DNA from: the human T2T-CHM13v2.0 reference genome, Homo sapiens
Reading direction: 5' to 3' (one strand)
Assembly (NCBI RefSeq): GCF_009914755.1
Contig: NC_060940.1
Length of the DNA stretch: 64,000 bases
The notes below the pieces were generated by a model, which was not told the DNA's origin, made no database searches, and was given only the letters and a program-made list of their open reading frames with translations. The position numbers and the translations under genes are program-made. Positions 15,161-30,600 of this stretch are shown here, piece by piece. Numbering within the stretch: position 1 is the first letter of the stretch; every line of letters begins with the position of its first letter.

Positions 15161-18100
15161 TCGTGTTCATTCTATGGTTCCACAGGTTTCCATTCGATGA
15201 TGTTTCCATTCGTGTCCATTCCATTATTCCATTCTATTCCATTTCATGATGATTCCATTCGATTCCATTCATTGGTGATTCCACTCAATTCCATTCAATG
15301 ATTCCATTCCATTTCTTTCAACAATGATTCCATTAGTTTCTATTCGATGATCCACTTGATTCCATTTGACGATGATTCCATTCGTGTCCATTCGATGATT
15401 CCATTTGATTCCATATGATGATGATTCCATTCGATTCCATACGATGATGATTCCATTCGAGTCCATTCAATGGTGATTCCATTCAATTCCATTCGATGAT
15501 TCCTTTCGATTCCATTCAATGATGATGGCATTCGATTCCTTTCGATCATTCCCTTTGATTCCATTCAAAGGTGATTTCATTCAAGTCCATTCGATAATTG
15601 CATTCGATTCCATTCTATGATGATTCCATTCGAGTCCATTTGATGATTCCATTCAATTCAAGTCAATGATGATTCCATTCGATTCCACTCGATGATTCCA
15701 TTGGATTCCATTCGATGATGATTCCATTCAAATCCATTCGATAATTCAATTCAAGTCCATTCGATGATGATTCCAATCGAATCCATTCAAAGATTCCACT
15801 CAATTCCATTCGATGATGATTCCCTTAGATTCCATTCGATGATTCCACTTGATTCCATTTACGATGATTCCATTCAATTCCATGTGATGATTCCATTCAA
15901 TTCTATTCAATGATGTTTCCACTTGATTCCATTCGAACATGATTGCCTTTGATTCCATTCAATGATTCCATACGGTTCCATTTGATGATGATTCCATTCG
16001 AGTGCATTAGATGATTCCATTCGAGTCCATTCGATGATTCCATTCGATTCCATTCGATGTTGATTCTGTTCAAATCCATTCGATGATTCCACTCGATTCC
16101 ATTCGATGACTCCATTTGATCCCATTCGATGATTTCCTTTGATTCCCTTTGATGATCATTCCATTTGATTCAATTCGGTGATTTCATTTGATTCCATTCA
16201 GTGATGTTTCCATTTAACTCCTTTGGATGATGATTCCATTCGACTCCATTCGATTATGATTTCATTCAATTCCAATCGATAATGATTCCCTTCCAGTCCA
16301 TTCGATGATTCCATTCGATTCCATTCAACGATGATTTGATTCGTGTCCATTCGATGATTCCATTTGATTCCATTTGATGATGATTCCATTCGAGTCCCTT
16401 TGATGATTCCATTCAATTCCATTCTCCGATGATTTCTTTTGAGCCCATTCAATGCTTCCACTCGATTCCATATGATGATGACTCCATTTGATGAAATTCC
16501 ATGATGATTCCATTCGCTTGCATTCGATGATGATTCCACTTGAGTCAGTTAGAAGATTCTATTCAATTACATTCCATGACGATTCTGTTCGAGTCCATTT
16601 GATGATTCCATTAGACTCCATTCGACGATGATTCCATTCGATGTTATTCGATGATGATTCCATTCAACTCCATTCGATGTTTCCATTCGAGTTCATTCTA
16701 TTATTCCATTAGATTCCATTCGATGATGATTCCATTCGATTCCATTTGATGATTGCATTCTATTTCATTTGATGATGATTCCATTCGAGTCCATTCGATG
16801 ATTCCATTCGAGTCTATTTAATGAATCCATTGGTTTCAATTGTATGATGATTACATTGGATTCCATTCGTTGTTGATTTCATTCGATTCCATTCAATGAT
16901 GATTCCATTCAATTCCATTCAATGATTCCATTCAATTCCATACGATGATGATTCCATTTGATTTGATTCGACAATGAGCCATTCGATTCAATTCCATGAT
17001 GATTCTATTTTATTCAATTGGTTGACATTTCCATTCGATTCCATTCGATGATGATTCCCTTTGATTCCATTCAAAGATGATTCCATTCTAGCCCATTCAA
17101 TCATTCCATTCGATTCTATTCAATGATGATTCCATTCATGTCGATTTGGTGATTCCATTTGACTTCATTTGATGATGATTCCTTTCAAGTTCATTAGATG
17201 ATTCCATTCGATTCCATTTGATGATGATCCCATTCGAGTCCATTTGATGATTCCACTCGTTTCCATTCCATGATGATTCCATTCCATTCCATTCAATGAT
17301 TCCATTCGATTCCGATTGATGATGATTTCATTCGAGTCCATTTGATGATTCCATTTGATTCCAGTCTCTGATGATTACATTCGAGTCCATACGATGATTC
17401 CACTCAATTCCATATGATGATGATTCCATTCGATTCCATTCGGTGATTCCATTCTATTCTATTCAATGGTGATTCCATTCGAGTACATTAGATGATTCCA
17501 TTCGATTCCATTCAATGATGATTCTATTTGTGTCCCTTAGATGGTTCCACATGATTCCATTTCATGATGATACTATTTGAGCCCATCCAATGATTCCCTT
17601 CGATTCCATTCGATGAGGATTCCATTCGATTCAATTCATTGGTGATTCTATTCAATTCAATTCTTTGATTCCATTCCATTCCATTCGACAATGATTCCAT
17701 TCGATTTCTTTCGATGATTCCACTCGATTCCACTTGACATTGATTCCATTCGATTCCATTCAATGATTCCGTTTGATTCCAGTGGATGATGATTGCCATC
17801 GATTCCATTCGATCACTCCATTCTATTCCATTTGATGATGATTACATTCGATTCCATTTGATGATTCCATCTGATTCTATTCGAGGATTCCATTTGATTC
17901 CATTCGATGATGATTCCATTCGAGTGCATTCGATGATTTCATTCGAGTACATCCAATGATTCCATTCGAGTCCATTTGATGATTCCATTTGATTCCATTT
18001 GATTATGATTCTACTAGAGTCCATTCAATGACTCCATTCGAATCCATTCAACAATTCCATTCGAGGCCATTCGATGATTCCATTTCATGATTCCATTCGA

Positions 18101-21100
18101 GTCCATTTAATCATTACAGTCGAGTCCATTTGGTGATTCCACTGGATTTCTTTTGATAATGATAACATTCAATTACATTTGATGAGGATCCCATTCAATT
18201 TCATTTGATGGTGATTCCATTAGAGTCCATTCGATGATTTCATTCGAGTCCCTTCATTGATTCCATCCGATTTCATTGGATGATGACTCCATTCGAGTCC
18301 ATTCGATGATTCCACTCGATTCCATTAGATGGTTCCTTTGGAGTCCATTTGATTGTTCCATTCGATTCTATTCGATTCCTTTTGAAGATTATTCCATTTG
18401 AGTCCATTCGATGATGATTCCATTCCATTCCATTCGATGATTCCGTTTGATTCCATTCGATGATTCCCTTCGATTCCTTTCTTTGATGATTCCATTCCAT
18501 TCCATTCAATGATTCCATTCGAATCTATTCCATGATGATTCCTTTCGATTCCATTCGCTGATGTTTCCGTTCAATTCCATTCGATGATGATTCCATTCGA
18601 TTCCATTCATTGAGGATTCCATTTGATTCCATTCAATGATGATTCCATTCTATTCCATTCAATGATTGCATTCAATTCCATTCAATGATTATCCCATTAG
18701 AGTAAACTCAACGATTCCATTCAATACCATTCGATGATGATTCCTTTTGGGTCCATTCAATGATTTCATTCAAGTCCATTTGATGATTCCTTTCAATTCC
18801 ATTCTATGATGATTCCATTCGAGTCCATTCGATGATTCTATTCGATTGCATTCGATGATTCCATTATATTCCATTCAACGATGATTCCATTCAAGTCCAT
18901 TCGATGATTCCATTAGTGTACATTTAATGATTGCTTTGTTTTCAATTCGAAGATGATTACATTGGATTCCATTCTATGATACCATTCGATTCCATTCAAT
19001 GATGATTCCACTCAAATCCATTGGATGATTCCATTCGTGTCCATTCGGTGATTTCATTAGTTTCGATTCGAGGATGATTCCATTCGATTCCATTCGATGA
19101 TGATTCCATTCGAGTCCATATGATGATTCCATTTGATTTCATTTGATGATGATTCCATTCCATTCCATTCAATGATTCCATTCGAATCTATTCCATGATG
19201 ATTCCTTTCGATTCCATTCGCTGATGTTTCCGTTCAATTCCATTCGATGATGATTCCATTCGATTCCATTCAATGATTGCATTTAATTCCATTCAATGAT
19301 TATCCCATTACAGTAAACTCAACGATTCCATTCAATACCATTCGATGATGATTCCTTTTGAGTCCATTCAATGATTTCATTCAAGTCCATTTGATGATTC
19401 CTTTCAATTCCATTCTATGATGATTCCATTCGAGTCCATTCGATGATTCCATTCGATTACATTCGACGATTCCATTATATTCCATTCAACGATGATTCCA
19501 TTCGAGTCCATTCGATGATTCCATTAGAGTACATTTAATGATTGCTTTGTTTTCAATTCGAAGATGATTACATTCGATTCCATTCTATGATACCATTCGA
19601 TTCCATTCAATGATGACTCCACTCAAATCCATTGGATGATTCCATTCGTGTCGATTCGGTGATTTCATTAGATTCCATTCGAGGATGATTCCATTCGATT
19701 CCATTCGATGATTCCATTCAATTCCATTCGATGATGATTCCATTCGAGTCCATATGATCATTCCATTTGATTTCATTCGATGATGATTCCATTCGATTCC
19801 ATTCGACGATTCCATTCTATTCCATTCGATGATGATTCCATTCGAGTCCATTCGATGATTCCTTTCGAGTCCATTTAATGATTCCATTGGGTTCAATTCA
19901 ATGATGATTACATTGGATTCCGTTCTATGATTCCATTCAATTCCGTTCATTGACAATTTGATTCCATTCGATGATGATTCCATTTGAGTTCATTCGATGA
20001 TTCTATTCGATTCTCTTCGATGGTGATTCAATTCTATTATATTGGATGATTCCATTCGATTCCATTTGATGTTGATTCAATTCGATTCTATTCGATGATG
20101 ATTCCATTGGATTTCACTTGATGATTCTATTCGATTCCATTCAATGATGATTCACTTCTCGTCCATTGGATGATTCCATTTCATTCCATTCGATGATGAT
20201 TCCATTCGATTCCATTCGATGATTCCATTTGATTCCATGCGACGGTGAGCAATTCGATTCAATTCCATGATGATTCTATTTGATTCAATTAGATGATGTT
20301 TCCATTCAAATCCATTCCATGATTATTCCATTGGAATCCATTCGGCGATGATTCCATATGAGTCAATTCAATGATGATTCCATATGGGTCCGTTCGATGA
20401 TAATTCCATTTGATTTCATTCGATGCTTCTATTCAATTCCAGTTGATGATGATTCCGTTGGAGTCCATACGATGATTCCATTTGATTTCATTTCATGATG
20501 ATTCCATTCGATGACGATTACATTGGATTCCATTCTATGATTCCATTCAATTCCATTCGTTGATGATTCGATTCCATTCAATGGTGATTCCATTTGAGTT
20601 CATTCGATGATTCTATTCGATTCCATTCTATGGTGATTCAATTCTCTTATATTGGATGATTCGACTCGATTCCATTTGATGATTATTCCATTGGAGTCCA
20701 CTTAGTGAATCCTTTAGATTCTACTCGAAGATGATTCCATTCGAGTCCATTCGATGATACCATTCAATTCCATTCGTTGATGCTTCCATTCAAGTGCATT
20801 CGATGATATCATTCGATTCCATTTGATGATAATTCCATTTGATTCCATGCGATGATTCTATTCGATTCCATTCAATGATAATTCCATTCAATTCAGTGAT
20901 TCCTCTGGACTCCATTTGATGATGATTCCATTCAATGATTCCATTCGATTCTATTCGAAAATGATTACATTTGAATCCATTTGATGACGATTCCATTCCA
21001 TTCCATTTGATGTTTCCATACTATTCTATTCGATGATGATTCCATTCGATTCCATTCGATGATGATTGGATTCGATTCCATTTGATGATTTCATTTGATT

Positions 21101-21578
21101 CCATTCGTTAATGATTTCGATCAATTCCATTCGATGATTCCATTCGATTCCATTCGATAATGATTACATCCGAGTCCATTCGATGATTCCATTTGAGCCT
21201 GTTCGATAATTCCATTTGAGTCCAACCAATGATTCCATTCATTTCCATTCAATGATTCCATTCGAGTCCATTTGATCATTCCGGTAGGGTCCATTCGATG
21301 TTGATTCCATTGGAGTGCATTCGATGATTCCATTCGAGTCCATTTTAGGATTTGATTCGAGTCCTTTCGATGATTCCATTCGATTCCACTCGATGATGAT
21401 TTCATTCGAGTCCATTCGACACTTCCAATCGATTCCATTTGATGATTCCATTCGAGTCCAATTGATGATTCCATTCAATTCCATTCGATGATGATTCCGT
21501 ACGATTCCATTCTGTGATGATTCCATGTGATTGCATTCAATGATGATTCCTTTCGATTGCATTCGATTATGATTCATT
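15161..21578 (+). repeat. Unit U4, multiply rearranged variant (6418 bp)
   Basis: 663-bp duplication plus several small indels: 6112+16+3-72-23-170-10+663-52-49 = 6418, matching the marker spacing. Confidence 0.83.
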
Positions 21579-24500
21579 TCGTGTTCATTCTATGGTTCCA
21601 CAGGTTTCCATTCGTGTCCATTCCATTATTCCATTCTATTCCATTTGATGATGATTCCATTCGATTCCATTCATTGGTGATTCCACTCAATTCCATTCAA
21701 TGATTCCATTCCATTTCTTTCAACAATGATTCCATTAGTTTCTAATCGATGATCCACTTGATTCCATTTGACGACGATTCCATTCTTGTCCATTCGATGA
21801 TTCCATTTGATTCCATATGATGATGATTCCATTCGATTCCATACCATGATGATTCCATTCGAGTCCATTCAATGGTGATTCCATTCAATTCCATTCGATG
21901 ATTCCTTTCGATTCCATTCGATGATGATGGCATTCGATTCCTTTCAATCATTCCCTTTGATTCCATTCAAAGGTGATTTCATTCAAGTCCATTCGATAAT
22001 TGCATTCGATTCCATTCTATGATGATTCCATTCGAGTCCATTTGATGATTCCATTCAATTCAAGTCAATGATGATTCCATTCGATTCCATTCGATGATTC
22101 CATTGGATTCCATTCGATGATGATTCCATTCAAATCCATTCGATAATTCAATTCAAGTCCATTCGATGATGATTCCAATCGAATCCATTCAAAGATTCCA
22201 TTCAGTTCCATTCGATGATTCCCTTGGATTCCATTCGATGATTCCACTTGATTGCATTTACGATGATTCCATTCGATTCCATGTGATGATTCCATTCAAT
22301 TCTATTCAATGATGTCTCCATTTGATTCCATTCGACCATGATTGCCTTTGATTCCATTCAATGATTCCATTCGGTTCCGTTTGATGATGATTCCGTTCGA
22401 TTCCATTTGATGATTCCATTTGATTCCATTGGATGAGTCCATTCGATTACATTCGATGATTATTCCATTCGAGTGCATTAGATGATTCCATTCGAGTCCA
22501 TTCGATGATTCCATTCGATTCCATTCGATGTTGATTCTGTTCAAATCCATTCGATGAGTCCACTCGATTCCATTCATTGACTCCATTTGATCCCATTCGA
22601 TGATTTCCTTTGATTCCCTTTGATGATCATTCCATTTGATTCAATTCGGTGATTTCATTTGATTCCATTCAGTGATGTTTCCATTCGACTCCATTCGATG
22701 ATGATTCCATTCGACTCCATTCGATTATGATTTCATTCAATTCCATTCGATAATGATTCCCTTCGAGTCCATTCGATGATTCCATTCGATTCCATTCAAC
22801 GATGATTTGATTCGTGTCCATTCGATGATTCCATTTGATTCCACTTGATGATGATTCCATTCGAGTCCATTTGATGATTCCATTCAATTCCATACTCCGA
22901 TGATTTCTTTTGAGCCCACTCAATGCTTCCACTCGATTCCATATGATGATGACTCCATTCGATGAAATTCGATGATGATTCCATTCGCTTGCTTTCGATG
23001 ATGATTCCACTTGAGTCCGTTAGAAGATTCTATTCAATTACATTCCATGACGATTCCGTTCGAGTCCATTTGATGATTCCATTAGACTCCATTCGACGAT
23101 GATTCCATTCGATGTTATTCGATGATTCCATTCGATCTCATTCGATGATGATTCCATTCAACTCCATTCGATGTTTCCATTCGAGTTCATTCTATTATTC
23201 CATTAGATTCCATTCGATGATGATTCCATTCGATTCCATTTGATGATTGCATTCTATTTCATTTGATGATGATTCCATTCGAGTCCACTCGATGATTCCA
23301 TTCGAGTCCATTTAATGAATCCATTGGTTTCAATTCTATGATGATTACATTGGATTCCATTCGTTGATGATTTCATTCGGTTCCATTCAATGATGATTCC
23401 ATTCAATTCCTTTCAATGTTTCCATTCAATTCCATACGATGATGATTCCATTTGATTTGATTCGACAGTGAGCCATTCGATTCAATTTCATGATGATTCT
23501 ATTTATTCAATTGGTTGACATTTCCATTCGATTCCATTCGATGATGTTTCCCTTTGATTCCATTCAAAGATGATTCCATTCTAGCCCATTCAATCATTCC
23601 ATTCGATTCTATTCAATGATGATTCCATTCATGTCGATTTGGTGATTCCATTTGACTTCATTTGATGATGATTCCTTTCAAGTTCATTAGATGATTCCAT
23701 TCGATTCCATTTGATGATGATCCCATTCGAGTCCATTCAGTGATTCCATTCGTTTCCATTCCATGGTGATTGCATTCCTTTCCATTCAATGATTCCATTC
23801 GATTCCGTTTGATGATGATTTCATTCGAGTCCATTTGATGATTCCATTTGATTCCATTCGATGATGATTCCATTCGAGTCCATTCGATGATTCTATTCGA
23901 ATCCATTTGATGATTTCTTTTGATTATATTTGGTGATGATTCCATTGGAGTCCATTCAATGATTCCATTCTATTCCAATCGATGATGATTCCATTAGATT
24001 CCATTTAATGATTCCATTTGATTCCAGTCTCTGATGATTACATTCGAGTCCATACAATGATTCCACTCAATTCCATATGATGATGATTCCATTTGATTCC
24101 ATTCGGTGATTCCATTCTATTCTATTCAATGGTGATTCCATTCGAGTACATTAGATGATTCCATTCGATTCCATTCAATGATGATTCTATTTGTGTCCCT
24201 TAGATGATTCCACATGATTCCATTAGATGATGATACTATTTGAGCCCATCCAATGATTCCCTTCGATTCCATTCGATGAGGATTCCATTCGATTCAATTC
24301 TTTGGTGATTCTATTCAATTCAATTCTTTGATTCCATTCCATTCCATTCGACAATGATTCCATTCGATTTCTTTCGATGATTCCACTCGATTCCACTTGA
24401 CATTGATTCCATTCGATTCCATTCAATGATTCCATTTGATTCCAGTGGATGATGATTGCCATCGATTCCATTCGATCACTCCATTCTATTCCATTTGATG

Positions 24501-27500
24501 ATGATTACATTCGATTCCATTTGATGATTCCATCTGATTCTATTCGAGGATTCCATTTGATTCCATTTGATGATGATTCCATTCGAGTCCATTCGATGAT
24601 TTCATTCAAGTACATCCAATGATTCCATTCGAGTCCATTAGATGATTCCATTTGATTCCATTTGAAAATGATTCTACTAGAGTCCATTCAATGACTCCAT
24701 TCGATTCCATTCAACAATTCCATTCGACTCCATTCGATGATTCCATTCGATTCCATTTGATGGTTCCATTCGAGTCCATTTAATCATTACAGTCGAGTCC
24801 ATTTGGTGATTCCACTGGATTTCTTTTGATAATGATACCATTCAATTACATTTGATGATGATCCCATTCAATTTCATTTGATGATGATTCCATTAGAGTC
24901 CATTCGATGATTTCATTCGAGTCCCTTCATTGATTCCATCCGATTTCATTTGATGATGCCTCCATTCGAGTCCATTCGATGATTCCACTCGATTCCATTA
25001 GATGATTCCATTGGAGTCCATTTGATTGTTCCATTCGATTCCATTCGATTCCTTTCGAAGATTATTCCATTTGAGTCCATTCGATGATGATTCCATTCCA
25101 TTCCATTCGATGATTCCGTTTGATTCCATTCGATGATTCCCTTTGATTCCTTTCTGTGATGATTCCATTCCATTCCATTCAATGATTCCATTCGAATCTA
25201 TTCCATGATGATTCCTTTCGATTCCATTCGCTGATGTTTCCGTTCAATTCCATTCGATGATGATTCCATTCGATTCCATTCATTGAGGATTCCATTTGAT
25301 TCCATTCAATTATGATTCCATTCTATTCCATTCAATGATTGCATTCAATTCCATTCAATGATTATCCCCTTAGAGTAAACTCAACGATTCCATTCAATAC
25401 CATTCGATGATGATTCCTTTTGAGTCCATTCAATGATTTCATTCAAGTCCATTTGTTGATTCCTTTCAATTCCATTCTATGATGATTCCATTCGAGTCCA
25501 TTCGATGATTCCATTCGATTGCATTCGATGATTCCATTATATTCCATTCAACGGTGATTCCATTCGAGTCCATTCCATGATTCCATTAGAGTACATTTAA
25601 TGATTGCTTTGTTTTCAATTCTAAGATGATTACATTGGATTCCATTCTATGATACCATTCGATTCCATTCAATGATGATTCCACTCAAATCCATTGGATG
25701 ATTCCATTCGTGTCCATTCGGTGATTTCATTAGATTCCATTCGAGGATGATTCCATTCGATTCCATTCGATGATTCCATTCAATTCCATTCGATGATGAT
25801 TCCATTCCAGTCCATATGATCATTCCATTTGATTTCATTCGATGATGATTCCATTCGATTCCATTCGATGATTCCATTCTATTCCATTCGATGATGATTC
25901 CATTCGAGTCCATTCGATGATTCCATTTGAGTCCATTTAATGATTCCATTGGGTTCAATTCAATGATGATTACATTGGATTCCGTTCTATGATTCCATTC
26001 AATTCCGTTCATTGACAATTTGATTCCATTCGATGATGATCCCATTTGAGTTCATTCGATGATTCTATTCGATTCTCTTCGATGGTGATTCAATTCTATT
26101 ATATTGGATGATTCCATTCGATTCCATTTGATGTTGATTCAATTCGATTCTATTCGATGATGATTCCATTGGATTTCACTTGATGATTCTATTCGATTCC
26201 ATTCAATGATGATTCACTTCTCGTCCATTGGATGATTCCATTTCATTCCATTCGATGATGATTCCATTCGATTCCATTCGATGATTCCATTTGATTCCAT
26301 GCGACGGTGAGCAATTCGATTCAATTCTATGATGATTCTATTTGATTCAATTAGATGATGTTTCCATTCGAATCCATTCCATGATTATTCCATTGGAATC
26401 CATTCGGCGATGATTCCATATGAGTCAATTCAATGATGATTCCATATGGGTCCGTTCGATGATAATTCCATTTGATTTCATTCGATGCTTCTATTCTATT
26501 CCAGTCGATGATGATTCCGTTGGAGTCCATACGATGATTCCATTTGATTTCATTTGATGATGATTCCATTCGATGATGATTACATTGGATTCCATTCTAT
26601 GATTCCATTCAATTCCATTCGTTGATGATTCGATTCCATTCAATGATGATTCCATTTGAGTTCATTCGATGATTCTATTCGATTCCGTTCGATGGTGATT
26701 CAATTCTATTATATTGGATGATTCCACTCGATTCCATTTGATGATTATTCCATTGGAGTCCACTTAGTGAATCCTTTAGATTCTACTCGACGATGATTCC
26801 ATTCGAGTCCATTCGATGATACCATTCAATTCCATTCGTTGATGCTTCCATTCAAGTGCATTCGATGATATCATTCGATTCCATTTGATGATAATTCCAT
26901 TTGATTCCATGCGATGATTCTATTCGATTCCATTCAATGATAATTCCATTCAATTCAGTGATTCCTCTGGACTCCATTTGATGATGATTCCATTCAATGA
27001 TTCCATTCGATTCTATTCGAAAATGATTCCATTTGAATCCATTTGATGATGATTCCATTAGATTCCATTTGATGATTCCATTCGATTCCATTCGACGATG
27101 ATTCCATTCGATTCCGTTTGATGATTCCATTCTATTCTATTCGATGATGATTCCATTCGATTCCATTCGATGATGATTGGATTCGATTCCATTGGATGAT
27201 TTCATTTGATTCCATTCGTTAATGATTTCGATCAATTCCATTCGATGATTCCATTCGATTCCATTCGATAATGATTACATCCGAGTCCATTCGATGATTC
27301 CCTTTGAGCCTGTTCGATAATTCGATTTGAGTCCAACCAATGATTCCATTCATTTCCATTCAATGATTCCATTCGAGTCCATTTGATCATTCCGGTAGGG
27401 TCCATTCGATGTTGATTCCATTGGAGTGCATTCGATGATTCCATTCGAGTCCATTTTAGGATTTGATTCGAGTCCTTTCGACGATTCCATTCGATTCCAC

Positions 27501-27689
27501 TCGATGATGATTTCATTCGAGTCCATTCGACACTTCCAATCGATTCCATTTGATGATTCCATTCGAGTCCAATTGATGATTCCATTCAATTCCATTCGAT
27601 GATGATTCCGTACGATTCCATTCTGTGATGATTCCATGTGATTGCATTCAATGATGATTCCTTTCGATTGCATTCGATTATGATTCATT
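21579..27689 (+). repeat. Unit U5 (6111 bp)
   Basis: Marker spacing; 1-bp deletion at ~23503 (CTATTTATTCAA vs CTATTTGATTCAA). Confidence 0.9.
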
Positions 27690-30600
27690 TCGTGTTCATT
27701 CTATGGTTCCACAGGTTTCCATTCGTGTCCATTCCATTATTCCATTCTATTCCATTTGATGATGATTCCATTCGATTCCATTCATTGGTGATTCCACTCA
27801 ATTCCATTCAATGATTCCATTCCATTTCTTTCAACAATGATTCCATTAGTTTCTAATCGATGATCCACTTGATTCCATTTGACGACGATTCCATTCTTGT
27901 CCATTCGATGATTCCATTTGATTCCATATGATGATGATTCCATTCGATTCCATACCATGATGATTCCATTCGAGTCCATTCAATGGTGATTCCATTCAAT
28001 TCCATTCGATGATTCCTTTTGATTCCATTCGATGATGATGGCATTCGATTCCTTTCAATCATTCCCTTTGATTCCATTCAAAGGTGATTTCATTCAAGTC
28101 CATTCGATAATTGCATTCGATTCCATTCTATGATGATTCCATTCGAGTCCATTTGATGATTCCATTCAATTCAAGTCAATGATGATTCCATTCGATTCCA
28201 ATCGATGATTCCATTGGATTCCATTCGATGATGATTCCATTCAAATCCATTCGATAATTCAATTCAAGTCCATTCGATGATGATTCCAATCGAATCCATT
28301 CAAAGATTCCATTCAGTTCCATTCGATGATTCCCTTAGATTCCATTCGATGATTCCACTTGATTGCATTTACGATGATTCCATTCGATTCCATGTGATGA
28401 TTCCATTCAATTCTATTCAATGATGTCTCCATTTGATTCCATTCGACCATGATTGCCTTTGATTCCATTCAATGATTCCATTCGGTTCCGTTTGATGATG
28501 ATTCCGTTCGATTCCATTTGATGATTCCATTTGATTCCATTGGATGAGTCCATTCGATTACATTCGATGATTATTCCATTCGAGTGCATTAGATGATTCC
28601 ATTCGAGTCCATTCGATGATTCCATTCGATTCCATTCGATGTTGATTCTGTTCAAATCCATTCGATGATTCCACTCGATTCCATTCGTTGACTCCATTTG
28701 ATCCCATTCGATGATTTCCTTTGATTCCCTTTGATGATCATTCCATTTGATTCAATTCGGTGATTTCATTTGATTCCATTCAGTGATGTTTCCATTCGAC
28801 TCCATTCGATGATGATTCCATTCGACTCCATTCGATTATGATTTCATTCAATTCCATTCGATAATGATTCCCTTCGAGTCCATTCGATGATTCCATTCGA
28901 TTCCATTCAACGATGATTTGATTCGTGTCCATTCGATGATTCCATTTGATTCCACTTGATGATGATTCCATTCGAGTCCATTTGATGATTCCATTCAATT
29001 CCATACTCCGATGATTTCTTTTGAGCCCACTCAATGCTTCCACTCGATTCCATATGATGATGACTCCATTCGATGAAATTCGATGATGATTCCATTCGCT
29101 TGCTTCGATGATGATTCCACTTGAGTCCGTTAGAAGATTCTATTCAATTACATTCCATGACGATTCCGTTCGAGTCCATTTGATGATTCCATTAGACTCC
29201 ATTCGACGATGATTCCATTTGATGTTATTCCATGATTCCATTCGATCTCATTCGATGATGATTCCATTCAACTCCATTCGATGTTTCCATTCGAGTTCAT
29301 TCTATTATTCCATTAGATTCCATTCGATGATGATTCCATTCGATTCCATTTGACGATTGCATTCTATTTCATTTGATGATGATTCCATTCGAGTCCATTT
29401 AATGAATACATTGGTTTCAATTCTATGATGATTACATTGGATTCCATTCGTTGATGATTTCATTCGGCTCCATTCAATGATGATTCCATTCAATTCCTTT
29501 CAATGTTTCCATTCAATTCCATACGATGATGATTCCATTTGATTCGATTCGACAGTGAGCCATTCGATTCAATTCCATGATGATTCTATTTGATTCAATT
29601 GGTTGACATTTCCATTCGATTCCATTCGATGATGATTCCCTTTGATTCCGTTCAAAGATGATTCCATTCTAGCCCATTCAATCATTCCATTCGATTCTAT
29701 TCAATGATGAATCCATTCATGTCGATTTGGTGATTCCATTTGACTTCATTTGATGATGATTCCTTTCAAGTTCATTAGATGATTCCATTCGATTCCATTT
29801 GATGATGATCCCTTTCGAGTCCATTCAGTGATTCCATTCGTTTCCATTCCATGATGATTCCATTCCTTTCCATTCAATGATTCCATTCGATTTCGTTTGA
29901 TGATGATTTCATTCGAGTCCATTTGATGATTCCATTTGATTCCATTCGATGATGATTCCATTCGAGTCCATTCGATGATTCTATTCGAATCCATTTGATG
30001 ATTTCTTTTGATTATATTTGGTGATGATTCCATTGGAGTCCATTCAATGATTCCATTCTATTCCAATCGATGATGATTCCATTAGAGTCCATTTAATGAT
30101 TCCATTTGATTCCAGTCTCTGATGATTACATTCGAGTCCATACGATGATTCCACTCAATTCCATATGATGATGATTCCATTTGATTCCATTCGGTGATTC
30201 CATTCTATTCTAATCAATGGTGATTCCATTCTATTCTATTCAATGGTGATTCCATTCGAGTACATTAGATGATTCCATTCGATTCCATTCAATGATGATT
30301 CTATTTGTGTCCCTTAGATGATTCCACATGATTCCATTAGATGATGATACTATTTGAGCCCATCCAATGATTCCCTTCGATTCCATTCGATGAGGATTCC
30401 ATTCGATTCAATTCATTGGTGATTCTATTCAATTCAATTCTTTGATTCCATTCCATTCCATTCGACAATGATTCCATTCGATTTCTTTCGATGATTCCAC
30501 TCGATTCCACTTGACATTGATTCCATTCGATTCCATTCCATGATTCCATTTGATTCCAGTGGATGATGATTGCCATCGATTCCATTCGATCACTCCATTC

